Shown here piece after piece: positions 1-13,349 of a DNA stretch of 64,000 bases (positions are counted from its first letter, which is position 1; the number at the start of each line of letters is the position of its first letter). Under the pieces are notes generated by a model. The model had not been told where the DNA came from. It made no database searches and worked only from the letters and a program-made list of their open reading frames with translations. Both the position numbers and the translations under genes were made by a program. This DNA comes from Macrostomum lignano (lineage: Eukaryota), in assembly GCA_002269645.1 (NCBI GenBank), contig NIVC01001726.1, forward strand, positions 62,001 through 126,000. The letters are read 5' to 3'.

Positions 1-3000
1 GCGACGATCCAAAGAAATGCCGGGACCGTCTGCCTCCGCTGTTCCACCAGATCTACGCCGGCAGAAGCATACCGGAGGCCTACCGCGGCCACCTGCTGTC
101 CTGCCTGCGGCTCAACTATCCCGACTTCGCTTACGTGCTCTGGACTGACGACGACGCGGCCGCCTTTCTCGCCGACAAATTCCCGGTGCACTCGGCCATG
201 TTCTCCGGCTATGCGAAAGCTTTGCAGAGGTCGGATGCGCTGCGCTACTTCATATTGAGCTATTTTGGTGGTGAGCGGCTCCGGCGTCTGACCTAAAACT
301 GGCCTAAACCTCACCTAAACCTAGCCTTGACCTGACCTAAGCCAGACTTAGACTGAAGCCTCCTACCCTAAAACTGATCTAAACCTTACCAAAATCTGGT
401 CTAAACCTGACTTAAGTCTGAATCAACCCTGACCTAATACTGACCTAAACTTCACGGGCATAAACCAAACTTAAATGTACACGTAAAAGTTATCAAAACC
501 TGACCCAAGTCTGACCAAGGCCTAGGCTAAAACAGGCCCAAACCTTATAAAAAAACTTAAACATAAACTCAAACTTAAACCTTAAACATAAATTAACCTT
601 GACTTAAAATTGGCTTAAACCTGGAGTATACCAAACGTTAACCTAAACTAGATGCATCCCAAACCTGACCTAAACCTGGCCTGTCCAAAATTTGACCTAA
701 ACTTGGTCAACTAACTAACTGCAGGCTAAACTAAACTCGCCTTAAACTTGATCTACCCCAGCCTACTTGTAAATCTAATCCTGACCTAAGCTTAAGCAAG
801 TCGCACTAGAGAAATATTTAGAACCAAACCAAGTAAACAAAGTCGATTAAAAAAAAACTTTCAATAAACCAAAATTAATCTCCAGGCATCTACGCCGACA
901 TGGATGTGCAGTGCCTGCGCCCGTTCAACCGCCTGGCCGCGGCCGAGTCCTGTTTCCTGGACCAGGAACGCTGGGAGCAGAGCCAGATTCTCCACGGCAC
1001 CGAGTTCGCCGCTATGAACTCCGTGATGGGCTGCGGCAAGCGGCATCCGTTCTTTGATGTCGTCATCGCCAGGTTGAAGCGCACTAGCAAAGGTCTGGTT
1101 GGACGTTGCAGTTCATATCGTGTCCTCCTTCCTATAGGCTAGATTAGCAATCCATTCTATTCCTTCTGTTGATGTTGGATAGATTAGCAATCCATTCTAT
1201 TCCTTCTGTTGATGTTGGATAGATTAGCAATCCATTCTATTCCTTCTGTTCCTGTTGGATGGATAAGCAATCCATTTTATTCCTTTCGTTGATGTTGGAT
1301 AGATTAGCAATCCATTTTATTCCTTTCGTTGATGTTGGATAGATTAGCAATCCATTCTATTCCTTCTGTTCCTGTTGGATGGATAAGCAATCCATTCTAC
1401 TCCTTCTGTCCATGTTAAATAGATTAGCAATCCATTCTACTCCTTCCATCCATGTTAAATAGATTAGCAATCCATTCTATTCCTTCTGTCCATGTTAAAT
1501 AGATTAGCAATCCATTCTACTCATTCCGTCCATGTTAAATAGATTAGCAATCCATTCTACTCCTTCTGTCCATGTTCAATAGATTAGCAATCCATTCTAT
1601 TCCTTCTGTCCATGTTCAATAGATTAGCAATCCATTCTACTCCTTCTGTCCATGTTCAATAGATTAGCAATCCATTCTACTCCTTCTGTCCATGTTCAAT
1701 AGATTAGCAATCCATTCTACTCCTTCTGTCCATGTTCAATAGATTAGCAATCCATTCTACTCCTTCTGTCCATGTTAAATAGATTAGCAAGCCATTCTAC
1801 TCCTTCTGTCCATGTTCAATAGATTAGCAAGTTTGTTTTTCTTTCCCAGTCGATGACGCCAAACTGTTGCCAACTTTATTAATCCGACAATGCCCTCTTT
1901 TGTGAGCCATATTTGCCAGACCACCGGAGCCGAAAGCCAGACGCACCTCTAGAAGCAGTCATCCCGCGTTCCCCATCCAGCGAAGCAAAAATTTGCTTTC
2001 AACATATTTGCAGCCTTATAGACCTGTGGGAAGGGCAGAGGCAGCTGCAGTAGCCTTTTCTCTCCTTATTTTTCTCTTTGTCGCATTTTCGTGGCTCAGT
2101 GCGTTCTGCGCGCACGCTTTTTTGGGAGTCTGGGGGTGCCATTCAAGGAATATTTGATGAAGGAGTGCGACGCTGAGAAACTATTGGACTATAAAACAAA
2201 AGGGGATTTTTTGGCTGCTTGATGCTCTCGCTTATAGAATTTTTTGTGCACACAGTTTCCTAAAAAAGGTGTGCCTCTGGGCCTGGCGCGTTTTCTAATT
2301 TTTATAGGCTTATTCCAATAGTAGTTTGGTCTGTACTTTTTTGGTCCCTACTGAGTCAAAAGGAATTCTGGCAATATAGATTAGCAATATAGATTGATTG
2401 ATAGATTGATACACACATTGGAAGTTAAAGCTTAGATATTCAGCAGCTCTGAGAGCTAGGCCACATCCAATGAGACCTATATGAATTCTGTCGTGGGCGA
2501 GAAATAGTGGAGGGGTGAAGGGAGAGAAAGAGAGCGGAGCCGCAGCCAATCAGCTTGAAGCTAGGGTTCGACAAAATCTGGTATGAGTGAGAAATTGTGG
2601 GTGGGGTAGGGAGAGAAGGAGAGCGGGCTGCAGCCAATCAGCTTGAAGCTAGGGTGACAAAATGTGGGGAGGTGAGAAATGTGGTTTTGAAAAAAGGAAG
2701 TCCCAGCCAATCAGCAAAGGCTAAGACTCGACAAAAGAGAAAAACAGAGTGCTGATTATAAGGCTTGAAAAATGACTCTGTTTTAACACTACGAGACGAT
2801 AGTGTGCGCCAGAGCGACGAACTATTTTTATGGTTAATTTTAAGATTTTTGTGCGTATTTCTACCGTCATTATAGTTTTGTCTAACCTTATCGATACTTC
2901 AACTGATACTAACAGGGGCTGACATTCTTCGCTCGACTGGCCCCCTGCTGCTCACCGATCTCTACCGAGACTTCATGGGCAAGCCGGAGTCCACGCGCCG

Positions 3001-5189
3001 CGGTCTGCGCCTTCTGTCGCCGGAAGTGTTCTCGCCTCTGATGGACCATCCGGGACACTTCCGGGGCGCTTGCGGTAAAGGGTTCTCAGACGACTGGAAG
3101 TGAAATCACTCCAACCCAATCCCAATGACCGGAAGTGCAGTCGCACTAGATAATCTTAATGATCGGAAGTGAAATTACCATAACAATCACAATGACCGGA
3201 AGTTAAGTCACTCTAACCAATCCCAATGACTGGAAGTGAAATCACTCTAACCAATCCCAATGACTGGTAGTGAATTCACTCTAACCAATCCCAATGACTG
3301 GTAGTGAATTCACTCTAACCAATCCCAATGACTGGTAGTGAATTCACTCTAACCAATCCCAATGACTGGTAGTGAATTCACTCTAACCAATCCCAATGAC
3401 TGGTAGTGAATTCACTCTAACCAATCCCAATGACTGGTAGTGAATTCACTCTAACCAATCCCAATGACTGGTAGTGAATTCACTCTAACCAATCCCAATG
3501 ACTGGTAGTGAATTCACTCTAACCAATCCCAATGACTGGTAGTGAATTCACTCTAACCAATCCCAATGACTGGTAGTGAATTCACTCTAATTCACTAACT
3601 AACTAATCCCAAATGACTGGAAGTAAAGTCACTCTAACCAATCCTAATAGCCGGAAGTGAAGTCACCCTAAGCCAGTACCAATGACTGGTAGTGAATTCA
3701 CTCTAACCAATCCCCAATGACTGGAAGTAAAGTCACTCTAACCAATCCCAATGACCGGAAGTAAAGTCACTCTAACTAATCCCAATGACCGGAAGTTAAG
3801 TCACTCTAACCAATCCCAATGACCGGAAGTAAAGTCACCCTAACTAATCCCAATGACAGGAAGTGAAGTCACCCTGACCAATCCCAATGACCGGAAGTAA
3901 AGTCACCCTAACCAATCCCAATGACCGGAAGTAAAGTCACCCTAACCAATCCCAATGACCGGAAGTAAAGTCACTCTAACCAATCCCAATGACCGGAAGT
4001 GAAGTCACCCTAACCAATCCCAATGACCGGAAGTAAAGTCACCCTAACCAATCCCAATGACCGGAAGGGAAGTCACTCTAACCAATCCCAATGACCGGAA
4101 GTAAAGTCACTCTAACCAATCCCAATGACCGGAAGTGAAGTCACCCTAACCAATCCCAATGACCGGAAGTAAAGTCACTCTAACCAATCCCAATGACCGG
4201 AAGTAAAGTCACTCTAACCAATCCCAATGACCGGAAGTGAAGTCACCCTAACCAAACCTAATAGCCGGAAGTGAAGTCACTCTAACCAATCCCAATGACC
4301 GGAAGTTAAGTCACTCTAACCAATCCCAATGACCGGAAGTGAAGTCACTCTAACCAATCCCAATGACCGGAAGTGAAGTCACCCTAACCAAACCTAATAG
4401 CCGGAAGTGAAGTCACCCTAACCAATCCCAATGACCGGAAGGGAAGTCACTCTAACCAATCCCAATGACCGGAAGTAAAGTCACCCTAACCAATTCCAAT
4501 GACCGGAAGTGAAGTCACCCTAACCAATCCCAATGACCGGAAGTGAAGTCACTCTAACCAATCCCAATGACCGGAAGTAAAGTCACTCTAACCAATCCCA
4601 ATGACCGGAAGTAAAGTCACTCTAACTAATCCCAATGACCGGAAGTTAAGTCACTCTAACCAATCCCAATGACCGGAAGTAAAGTCACTCTAACCAATCC
4701 CAATGACCGGAAGTGAAGTCACTCTAACCAATCCCAATGACCGGAAGTGAAGTCACCCTAACCAATCCCAATGACCGGAAGTGAAGTCACCCTAACCAAA
4801 CCTAATAGCCGGAAGTGAAGTCACCCTAACCAATCCCAATGACCGGAAGTGAAGTCACCCTGACCCAACCGCTACGTCACACTCCAGAGCGCTGGAGGCG
4901 ACTGCCGCCTTACTTCCAGGTGCACCGCCGGTTCCGGTTCCGCATGGAATCCTGTCGGGCGCTCTTCTTAGCCAAATTCGGCCAAAGCGAGAAACTGTGG
5001 CTCACCAACAACACCCTGGCTATTCACCGGTTCATGCACCTGGGCTACCTGGACAACAGACATCGTCGAGGCGCCAGATTCGATCTGGCCAAGGTGGCGC
5101 CGGATGTCCGAGTGCTGCGCTATAAAACTGACTCGGCGGAGATCGAGCGCCAATCGAATGCTTGCTTTTTGCCGCCCGGCGCCAGGTAG
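1..5189 (+). CDS. Glycosyltransferase family 32 (DXD, Gly_transf_sug; SUR1/OCH1/alpha-1,4-GalT-like), 5' partial; exons <1-270, 886-1092, 2916-3074, 4888-5189
   Basis: Spliced translation ...LPPLFHQIY...FAYVLWTD...QRSDALRYFILSYFGG|IYADMDVQCLRP...AMNSVMGC...HPFF...ADILRSTGPLLLT...VFSP...AIHRFMH matches the GT32 signature D-x-x-RY...GGIY-x-D-x-D and TGP motif. All three introns are GT-AG, phase 1 and frame-compatible. Confidence 0.88.
285..835. repeat. Degenerate ~10-12 bp CCTAAA/CTGAC-rich tandem repeat filling GT32 intron 1
   Basis: Recurrent cctaaac, ctgaccta, cttaaac motifs between donor 271 and acceptor 885. Confidence 0.65.
1137..1830. repeat. 40-bp minisatellite (AGATTAGCAATCCATTCTATTCCTTCTGTCCATGTTAAAT), ~17 copies, GT32 intron 2
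   Basis: Direct visual periodicity of 40 nt. The reverse complement of the core recurs at 19095-20005. Confidence 0.95.
2500..2740. repeat. Three diverged GA-rich units each containing AGCCAATCAGC
   Basis: cagccaatcagcttgaagctaggg occurs twice and a third agccaatcagc follows. Confidence 0.5.
3105..4868. repeat. 34-bp minisatellite (AATCCCAATGACCGGAAGTGAAGTCACTCTAACC), ~52 copies, GT32 intron 3
   Basis: Clear 34-nt period. A homogeneous variant block (GGTAGTGAATTC) lies at ~3260-3590. Confidence 0.95.
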
Positions 5190-5782
5190 AGCCATGGACA
5201 ACTTACAAGGACGAAAAATTCATCAGTAAGCTATGTACCTGCGGATAGAACGTTTTTAAGCACTAAATTGACCCTTCGGAAGTGCCGAATTCCGAATGAA
5301 GCAAGCATTCGTTTTGTCCGAGGAGCGCTATAGCAAGTTTGTCTATGGCAAAATCAAGGACATAAAACTTCAAAATCGTGTCTTTTTTGGAGGCCAATTT
5401 CCTGGAAAAAGTACACTGCGGAGATAAGAAACATTCAATGATTAGATTCGATCTAGGGCAGTGAAGATTGCCGTTTTTTATTTAGCATTCACAGCACGTT
5501 ACTCTGCTATACTTTATATGGCTGAAATTTTTATTTTCATGTTTATTTTTTAGATATTTCGTAGGCCCAAAGTTGCACCTACAAACCGTGTGCATTTAAA
5601 TGAAATTATGCCTAAACTAAAGGAGGGGTAATCTTCGCTGCCCCAGATAAAATGCAATAAGTGATTAGGAGATTAAAATACGAGTATTTGATTTTTCCTA
5701 TTTCCGCAGTGTATTTTTCCAGGAAATTGGCCTTCAAAAATACGCGATCTTGACTGTTACGTCTTTTTTAATCACAGTGGTC

Positions 5783-6073
5783 CACTGGCGTAGCCAGGAA
5801 TTTTAATTGGGAGGGCGGTTTGCTTGGCTGGCCATGCCTTATGCCATTGTCACTTTTGGCGCCGCAGGCACTCATTTTGGCGCCGCAGGCACTCATTTTG
5901 GCGCCGCAGGCACTCATTTTAGCGCCGCAGGCACTCATTTTAGCGCCGCAGGCACTCATTTTAGCGCCGCAGGCACTCAATTGCCTCGTGGTTTTTGGTA
6001 CCCGCCGCGCGTAACCCCACCCCCAGGCGATTGCAGGCCGCGGCCTCCCGCCCCCCCCCTGACTACGCCACTG
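5783..6073. mobile_element. Non-autonomous hAT-like MITE (291 bp) with internal 21-bp tandem repeat
   Basis: TIRs CACTGGCGTAGCCAGG / revcomp CAGTGGCGTAGTCAGG (14/16). Perfect 8-bp TSD CAGTGGTC at 5775-5782 and 6074-6081. About 6 copies of TTTTGGCGCCGCAGGCACTCA lie inside. Confidence 0.85.
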
Positions 6074-6714
6074 CAGTGGTCCTTGGGTAAAAACCCGATC
6101 TCAATCTCGGACAAAATCACGCACTTGCTTCATTTCCTGATCCGAAGTCCAGAATAATAAAAACTTTCAATTCAGTGTTTAAAAAACGGAAAAATTTTAA
6201 TCTCGCCATTGCATTTTGCTGCGAGATCGGGCCTTTCATACGACTTGCCGAGCGCAGCGTCCTGCTGCTTCAGTTCCCCATCAGTTGACTCGAATTTCAC
6301 ATATTTCATGCCCATGCCCAATCTGTGTTTGAATTTCAGCCTTAGTGTTTTTAATAAATAATTTCGTTTATCTTTTCTGATTTTATTAAAATATATTGCT
6401 GTGATTTATAAAAAGTTGCTTTTACTACTAACCAAGTAGCTTAATTCTTTCGATTAAAAATAAATAATAAAAAGTAGAGATACAACAGTAGGTTTGGATA
6501 ATTTTGAGAATTTTAGAAAAAGTACATCCGCATGTAGTATGGAATTCTGGATAAGCGTAGTAAAGAAAAAATTTGAGCAATATTCTATAAAATTTATTTC
6601 TATAAAATCTACGGGTATTCTCTGTGTCCTTGTCTTACACTCTGTTGCCCTCTGTTGCCTTCTGTTGCCCTGTGTTACCCTCTGACCCTCTAACCCCGGC
6701 CTGTTCCGTCCAAG

Positions 6715-6961
6715 CGACCTGTTGCGCCGTCGGCGACTCCAGCTGGCAGGCCATCATCCGAGCCGAGTCGTACTGTCCGAAGCCGGTGCAGGAGGTGCTG
6801 CTGCTCACGCTGCAGGCACCCTGCCGGCGGGGGCAGGCGCACACTCAGCGTTTCGTCGACTGCCTGCTGGCTGACGCCGGCCCGGACACTGCCGGACACT
6901 GCCGGACACTGCCGGCGGTGCGGCCTACGTTCGCGCCCAGGCCTTGAAACGCGCCCTGTGA
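6715..6961 (+). pseudogene. Orphan GC3-rich terminal-exon-like segment, frameshifted by a 10-bp triplication
   Basis: CTAAC plus ccgtccaag acceptor at 6714. Reads TCCAVGDSSWQAIIRAESYCPKPVQEVLLLTLQ... Removing 2 of the 3 CCGGACACTG copies (6882-6911) gives ...GGAAYVRAQALKRAL*. No family recognised. Confidence 0.3.
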
Positions 6962-8433
6962 CATGGTTCCACGCTTGACTGGCTGACAATGTATTTTGTT
7001 GTTGTTACCCTTTTTGCCCTCTATTACCCTCTGTTGCCCTACACTACCCTCTCTTTACCGTATTCTGCCACAATATTAACTTCTTACTCTGTTTTCCTAC
7101 TCGATAGTTTACTTGCTAAGTTTGTTAATCGCTAAGGGAAATGAGTAATCAGCTTACTAAATTTCAACTTGGTTTTTACACAGACGCCACCTTCCCCGTC
7201 TTGCTGAATACGGCCGCCATGCATATGGATGCATATAATGCATATAAGAGTGCAACAACAGACAAAGCAAGGTGTTTAGCTTAAATCCGCGAGAACAGAG
7301 AAGAAAAGAAGAGAAGAAGAAAGAAGAAAAAAAAGCAAGAAAAAAACAAAATCTACATTTTACATTATTGTACAGCCAGCAGTATGAGCTGCGGTGAAGC
7401 GCATAATGAAAAAGTCTCACCAGGATCACAGATATTTTCTGCTAAGTATCATAGCTCTCTCACCAGCTCAGAGAGCTTACCCGCGTGTAAATTGCAGTCT
7501 AATTTTAGACGCCTTTATTACACACTTATGTGCCATCTCCGGAATTCTAAAAAAACACATGTAAAAAATACATCCTGGTAACTAATTAGCATATATACGA
7601 GTAGTTGCACTGGAAGTGGAAGTCATAAGAAATTTTTTGCGCAAGTTGATTCGTTTAGAATTGTCGGAAACGACAGTAAAGAATTCATACATTTTTGTGT
7701 ATTTAAAACCAGAATACAAGAAGCAGGAAATTTTAACAGTTTTGTTCTTAAAAGAATTTCCTTTTTAACTCCTCGAAACTCGAAGCGTCATGTAAGTATT
7801 TGCATTAAACACAGACTTACTGTATTTTTGTACTTATAACAATCCTTGTACTTTTATAAGGAATCCTCTATTCCAAGTATTAGAAATGCAGAAAGAAGGT
7901 ACTCTGAAACTACGGGAACTGAAGCGACCATAGAGAATTCCTATAGACTTTTCTCCAAAAAATATCAACGATTTAGAATTAAAATATTAGTAATATTGTC
8001 GAGACACTACGTTTTAGACTATATATGGAGCACAACTAGCTTAATGAGGGTTTTAAATCGTCTGTTTTTGCATTTGGCTTCAACTTGCCTACTTGTACTC
8101 ACAATAGAATAGTGCACAGACAGAAAATGTACAGGAGTGCAGCGCGGTCAAACTGCAAGTGAGAGGAGAGGGAGAGAGACATAGTACTAACTAACGTACA
8201 CCAAGGCTAAAAAATGAATGTGTTCATTGTGTAAATGTGCAGTCTTTAAATCCACCAGTGTTTCCTGGAAATTGCCCAAATTTCATTGAGGATTTCTAGG
8301 AAATTCATCTTAGCTCTTTTGCGTCTGCATGTATAATCAGGAATTAGGAACTTTGGAATTAACCTTACTGTATTCTCGTATACAGGGAAAGCTGGAGCGA
8401 GACTAAGGCGAGAGTTTCAGAGCAGGTTGTTAC

Positions 8434-9221
<788 letters not shown>

Positions 9222-9937
9222 GTAGAGATTAAAAAATTACCAACTACATTAAGCCAGAAATACTAAATCAAAAGCAAATAATTTCATGAGCCAACAGTAC
9301 CTTTTGAAATTTTAACGTTCTACCTTTCCCGTGTACTTTATTAACCTGTAGATTCTTTTTTATTTTGTATAGCTACGCTCGTACATGCTGCCACAACAAG
9401 TCTACCGATTTGGTCTAAAAAGTAACAATAACATCAGTTATATAAGTCGATAAATATTAGCGTGAGAAAATGGTTTCAGTTTACAAGTGATTTGAATTCA
9501 TGCTAAAAATCAAAGAAAAATGGAGAATAATAGGGTGGGACTAAGAGGTTTGACAAGAAAGAAAGATTGCTAGAGAGAGCAGAGAGGAAGGAAGGAGTAG
9601 GAGTGGAGAAAGAGGAAAGAAAAGAGAGAGGAGAGAAGAGAGAGGAGAGGAGAAAGAAGAAAGAGAAGAAGAAGAGAGGAGAGAGGAGAGAGAAGAGAAA
9701 GAGGACACAAACAGTAGAATTATGCTAAAGGGCTAAAGAGACTCGACCTTAAAATGTTGTGCAGGAAGGATGCTCTGAAACTTGCCTATCTGCATGTTTC
9801 TGTCGTGTGTAGATGAAAAACTGTTTAGCCTAAACTTTCATACAGTTCTGGCGATCATGAAAAAGTCCTTGGCCAGGCATGCAGGGCAGGTACTGCCATA
9901 GACTAATCCATTACCACCCTCAGAGTTGCTGTGAATC

Positions 9938-11630
9938 ATGACGGGCAGTGAGCAGCCAATTCTAGTTGACACGGAATCCAGCGACACAATCGACACCGAG
10001 TGCTGCAACGGCGTTTACAAAAATTCTATTGAGCAAAAGTTCGAAGCAAGAAAGAAGCATAATCCTAATATTTCCAGTTTAATAATTTGCATTTTGCTTT
10101 GCGGGATTTTATTGGCGCTGCAGTGCCTAACTGTGTCCTGGTGGATCGACTACAAGGCTGCTGTGAGTGAGAAAGTTGTTTATTGCATTTAATCGACCAT
10201 ATCACCCGCCTTCTGAACACATAATAGCTTATCAAATCCAAATAAAACTGCTATCTGGATTATTGAAATTTCACTCACAAGTTTCATTCATAGAATGGCT
10301 CTTTGATTTGCATTTTTCCAGAGAGCCGCTTCGGAAGTTCCCTACTCCATCGACGTTGGCATTGATGCCGCACGGCTGGGCCTGTGTGCCGACGGCAGCC
10401 ACCATGGCGACTCGTTGGACAGCTATGCAGAATCGTGTGCAATAGTCTATGACAATGGGTCCATCGCTATGCGGTCCGGATGTGAGTGATGCAAAGAAAT
10501 AAAATGATTTGTCTGAGACAATTTAGGGACGCAAATCATCAAAAGCAAACAGGAGTTTCTCTAGTCTAGATGCTGGTTTTGTATCCCAGGTTTTTGTCAA
10601 GAAATGATTTCGGAGAGTCAGACTCAGAAGACCGACCGGCTAGCAAGCAAAGTTACGGAGAAATTTCTGTTGCTCCCACCTCTTTAGTGTATTTTCTCTC
10701 TGGAATGCCCGTTTTCAAACACTCAAAACATCAGACCGTTCTTAGAGGGTGAACTTCCTATCTGTATTTTGCGAGTGTTACGTCCTTTTATTTTAATGGC
10801 TGTGTTGTGTCACGACTTTCGTAGTCATTTCTTCAGTTCATCCGCCTCGTCGTCTGTTTACTCCTGTTTTCTCTCCCTTTTTGTCTAGTTCAGTCCTGCC
10901 ATTCTTATCTCTCTCCCTAGCGGCCTTCTGATTGGCTCTTCAATCTAGGGCTCTTTCCCCAGTCGCCCACCCACCCCCTATTTGTTATCAGCACGCGACC
11001 CTCCTAATTAAATGTTTATCTGGCCCTGCACTGCAATGCACTCACTTTAATCAAATCAAAAGTGCATCCAGTGCTTTATTATTTTCTGCACAAATACTCG
11101 TAGTTAGTGTGCTATACAGGCTGTACACAGGCCTCAGATGCAAGCCACCTAACTGCCTACCTTGCAAATGTTATACGATGCTCGCCTCCCCTCCTGCGCA
11201 AATTTCAGTGGGCCAGCCCATCGCCCCGCTGAAGCAGCTGACAGTAGCTGTAGGCCAAAAGGCGGCGGCATCGGCGGTCGTCCCAGTCAGACTGCAGCAG
11301 CCAGTCGGGAGTAGCGAGCTGACGGTCGCTCAGACCGGTCTGTACCAGCTGGACACTCAGGTCACTTTCGTTGAGCCAAACTACGGTGATAACGTTGGAG
11401 TCTACCTGTCAATCAACGGACGCTGCGTTGCTCAATGCAACAGGTATTGCGCAATTGACTTACAGCCCGCTTCATCTTCGCAGCTCAGCTGTCCCATATC
11501 GATCATTCGGAGGCTGGATGCTGGTTCGAAAATTTCCATCAAAGCTGACCCGTTGCTGCGGGTGGCAACAAACCCTGCGGAGACCTACTTGAGAGTGTCC
11601 AGGCTGCCCCTAAAGACAGTCGAGTTTTAA
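9938..11630 (+). CDS. TNF-superfamily-like type II membrane protein A (~268 aa); exons 9938-10162, 10322-10481, 11209-11630
   Basis: N-terminal TM (LIICILLCGILLALQCLTVSWWI). C-terminal jelly-roll motifs LTVAQTGLYQLDTQVTF, LSING..QC, RRLDAGSKISI, ETYLRVSRL. Phases 0 and 1 join into an open frame of 807 nt. Confidence 0.72.
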
Positions 11631-11894
11631 TATTATTAATAATCATTAACTTGCTTTATCTGCAACTGCTGTTCATTAACTGTTAAATTGCTCTGCTATC
11701 TCGGCACTAATGTATTCAATCACATACGTAAATGTAGGAAACAAAGGATTGCTCAGTTTTAATTTAATTACTTATGTTAAATCATGGTAATACGCTCGTA
11801 AATCTAATTCAATATTCATTTTGAGTTATTATGATTCTCTGAAGTACATTCAGAGCTAACTGGGTTTTGAATTTCAGGCTGAAAGAGGATTTGA

Positions 11895-12775
11895 GTGAGA
11901 AAGGTGGAATAGAGGGGCACTGAGACAGATGTGAGAAATTAGGGGGAGGGATGAGAATGGAGGGTTGAAAAGGAAGGGATGAGAAGGGGAAGGGTTGAGA
12001 AGGAGGGGACGAGAAGTGGAGGGGTGAGAAGGGGGATGAGAAGAGGGGTGAGAAGGGAGGGATGAGAAGAGAGGTATGAGGAGGGAGGGGTCAGAACTAA
12101 GGGATGAGAAGGGAGGGGACGAGAAGGGGAGGGGTGAGAAGGGGGGATGAGAGAGAGGTGTGAGGAGGGAGGGACGAGAAGGGGGAGGGGTGAGAATGGA
12201 GGGACGAGAAGGAGGGGACGAGAAGGGGAGGGGTGAGAAGGGAGGGACGAGAAGGGGGAGGGGTGAGAATGGAGGGACGAGAAGGAGGGGACGAGAAGGG
12301 GAGGGGTGAGAAGGGAGGGACGAGAAGGAGGGGACGAGAAGGGGAGGGGTGAGAAGGGAGGGACGAGAAGGAGGGGACGAAGGGGGGATGAGAAGAGAGG
12401 TGTGAGGAGGGAGGGACGAGAAGGGGAGGGGTGAGAATGGAGGGACGAGAAGGAGGGGACGAGAAGGGGAGGGGTGAGAAGGGAGGGACGAGAAGGAGGG
12501 GACGAAGGGGGATGAGAAGAGAGGTGTGAGGAGGGAGGGACGAGAAGGGGGAGGGGTGAGAATGGAGGGACGAGAAGGAGGGGACGAGAAGGGGAGGGGT
12601 GAGAAGGGAGGGACGAGAAGGAGGGGACGAGAAGGGGAGGGGTGAGAAGGGAGGGACGAGAAGGAGGGGACGAGAAGGGGAGGGGTGAGAAGGGAGGGGT
12701 GAGAAGAGAGGTGTGAGGAGGGAGGGGTGAGAACTAAGGGATGAGAAGGGAGGGGTGACAAGAGGGGCTAAGGAT
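11895..12775. repeat. Mosaic polypurine (GA-rich) tandem repeat, GAGAAGG(G)GAGGG(G)(AC/T) units with longer-range duplications
   Basis: Plus strand is almost purely purine. Lies between the convergent 3' ends of TNF-A and the minus-strand gene. Confidence 0.9.
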
Positions 12776-13349
12776 GGGAGGCAGAGGGAATATAAAGAAT
12801 TATTCTCCTCAGAATGTTTTCTCTTAAACAACAAAGAGACGAAGTCGCATGCAGTGGATTTCTGAACTGCCGCAGAAAAGTTCCGTTAACCGTTCTGTGC
12901 AGTGCGTTTACTTTTCAATTCTCTTAGTGAGAGAAATACAAGAAATAAAAAGTATGGAGGGCGATATTTTGTCCGGCCTGTGTTCAGGAATGTTGAGCAG
13001 ATTGCGCAGGTGTTACAGGTATACAGGTACAGGCATACAAGTCTTTATTTAACCGGAGCAAAGTATAAAAAATAAAGCATTGTATATCTTTACTCTGTTG
13101 TGGGTGTCGGGTTGGGAGCGGTGAGGTACGAGTTACAAATCCTCTTCAAGTTGTCGGTAGGCTTCAAATAAATTAGGTATAGTGAAAGAAAACTTTAATA
13201 ATAAGTTAATAAAAACATGTCGTTGGTCAATGTCGTAATTAAAAAAGTATTAAAATTGTGTTTTTTGTTAAGAAAAATTATCTTAGATAAGCAACTAAAG
13301 TACAAATTGAACTAACTGAGGCATATAATATGAGTACTGTACTTTTGAT

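Noticed and set aside
5399-8303. STAT-like TTCNNNGAA motifs near 5399, 5717, 8263 and 8295
   Set aside because: A six-base-constrained motif is expected many times by chance in 64 kb of AT-rich DNA.
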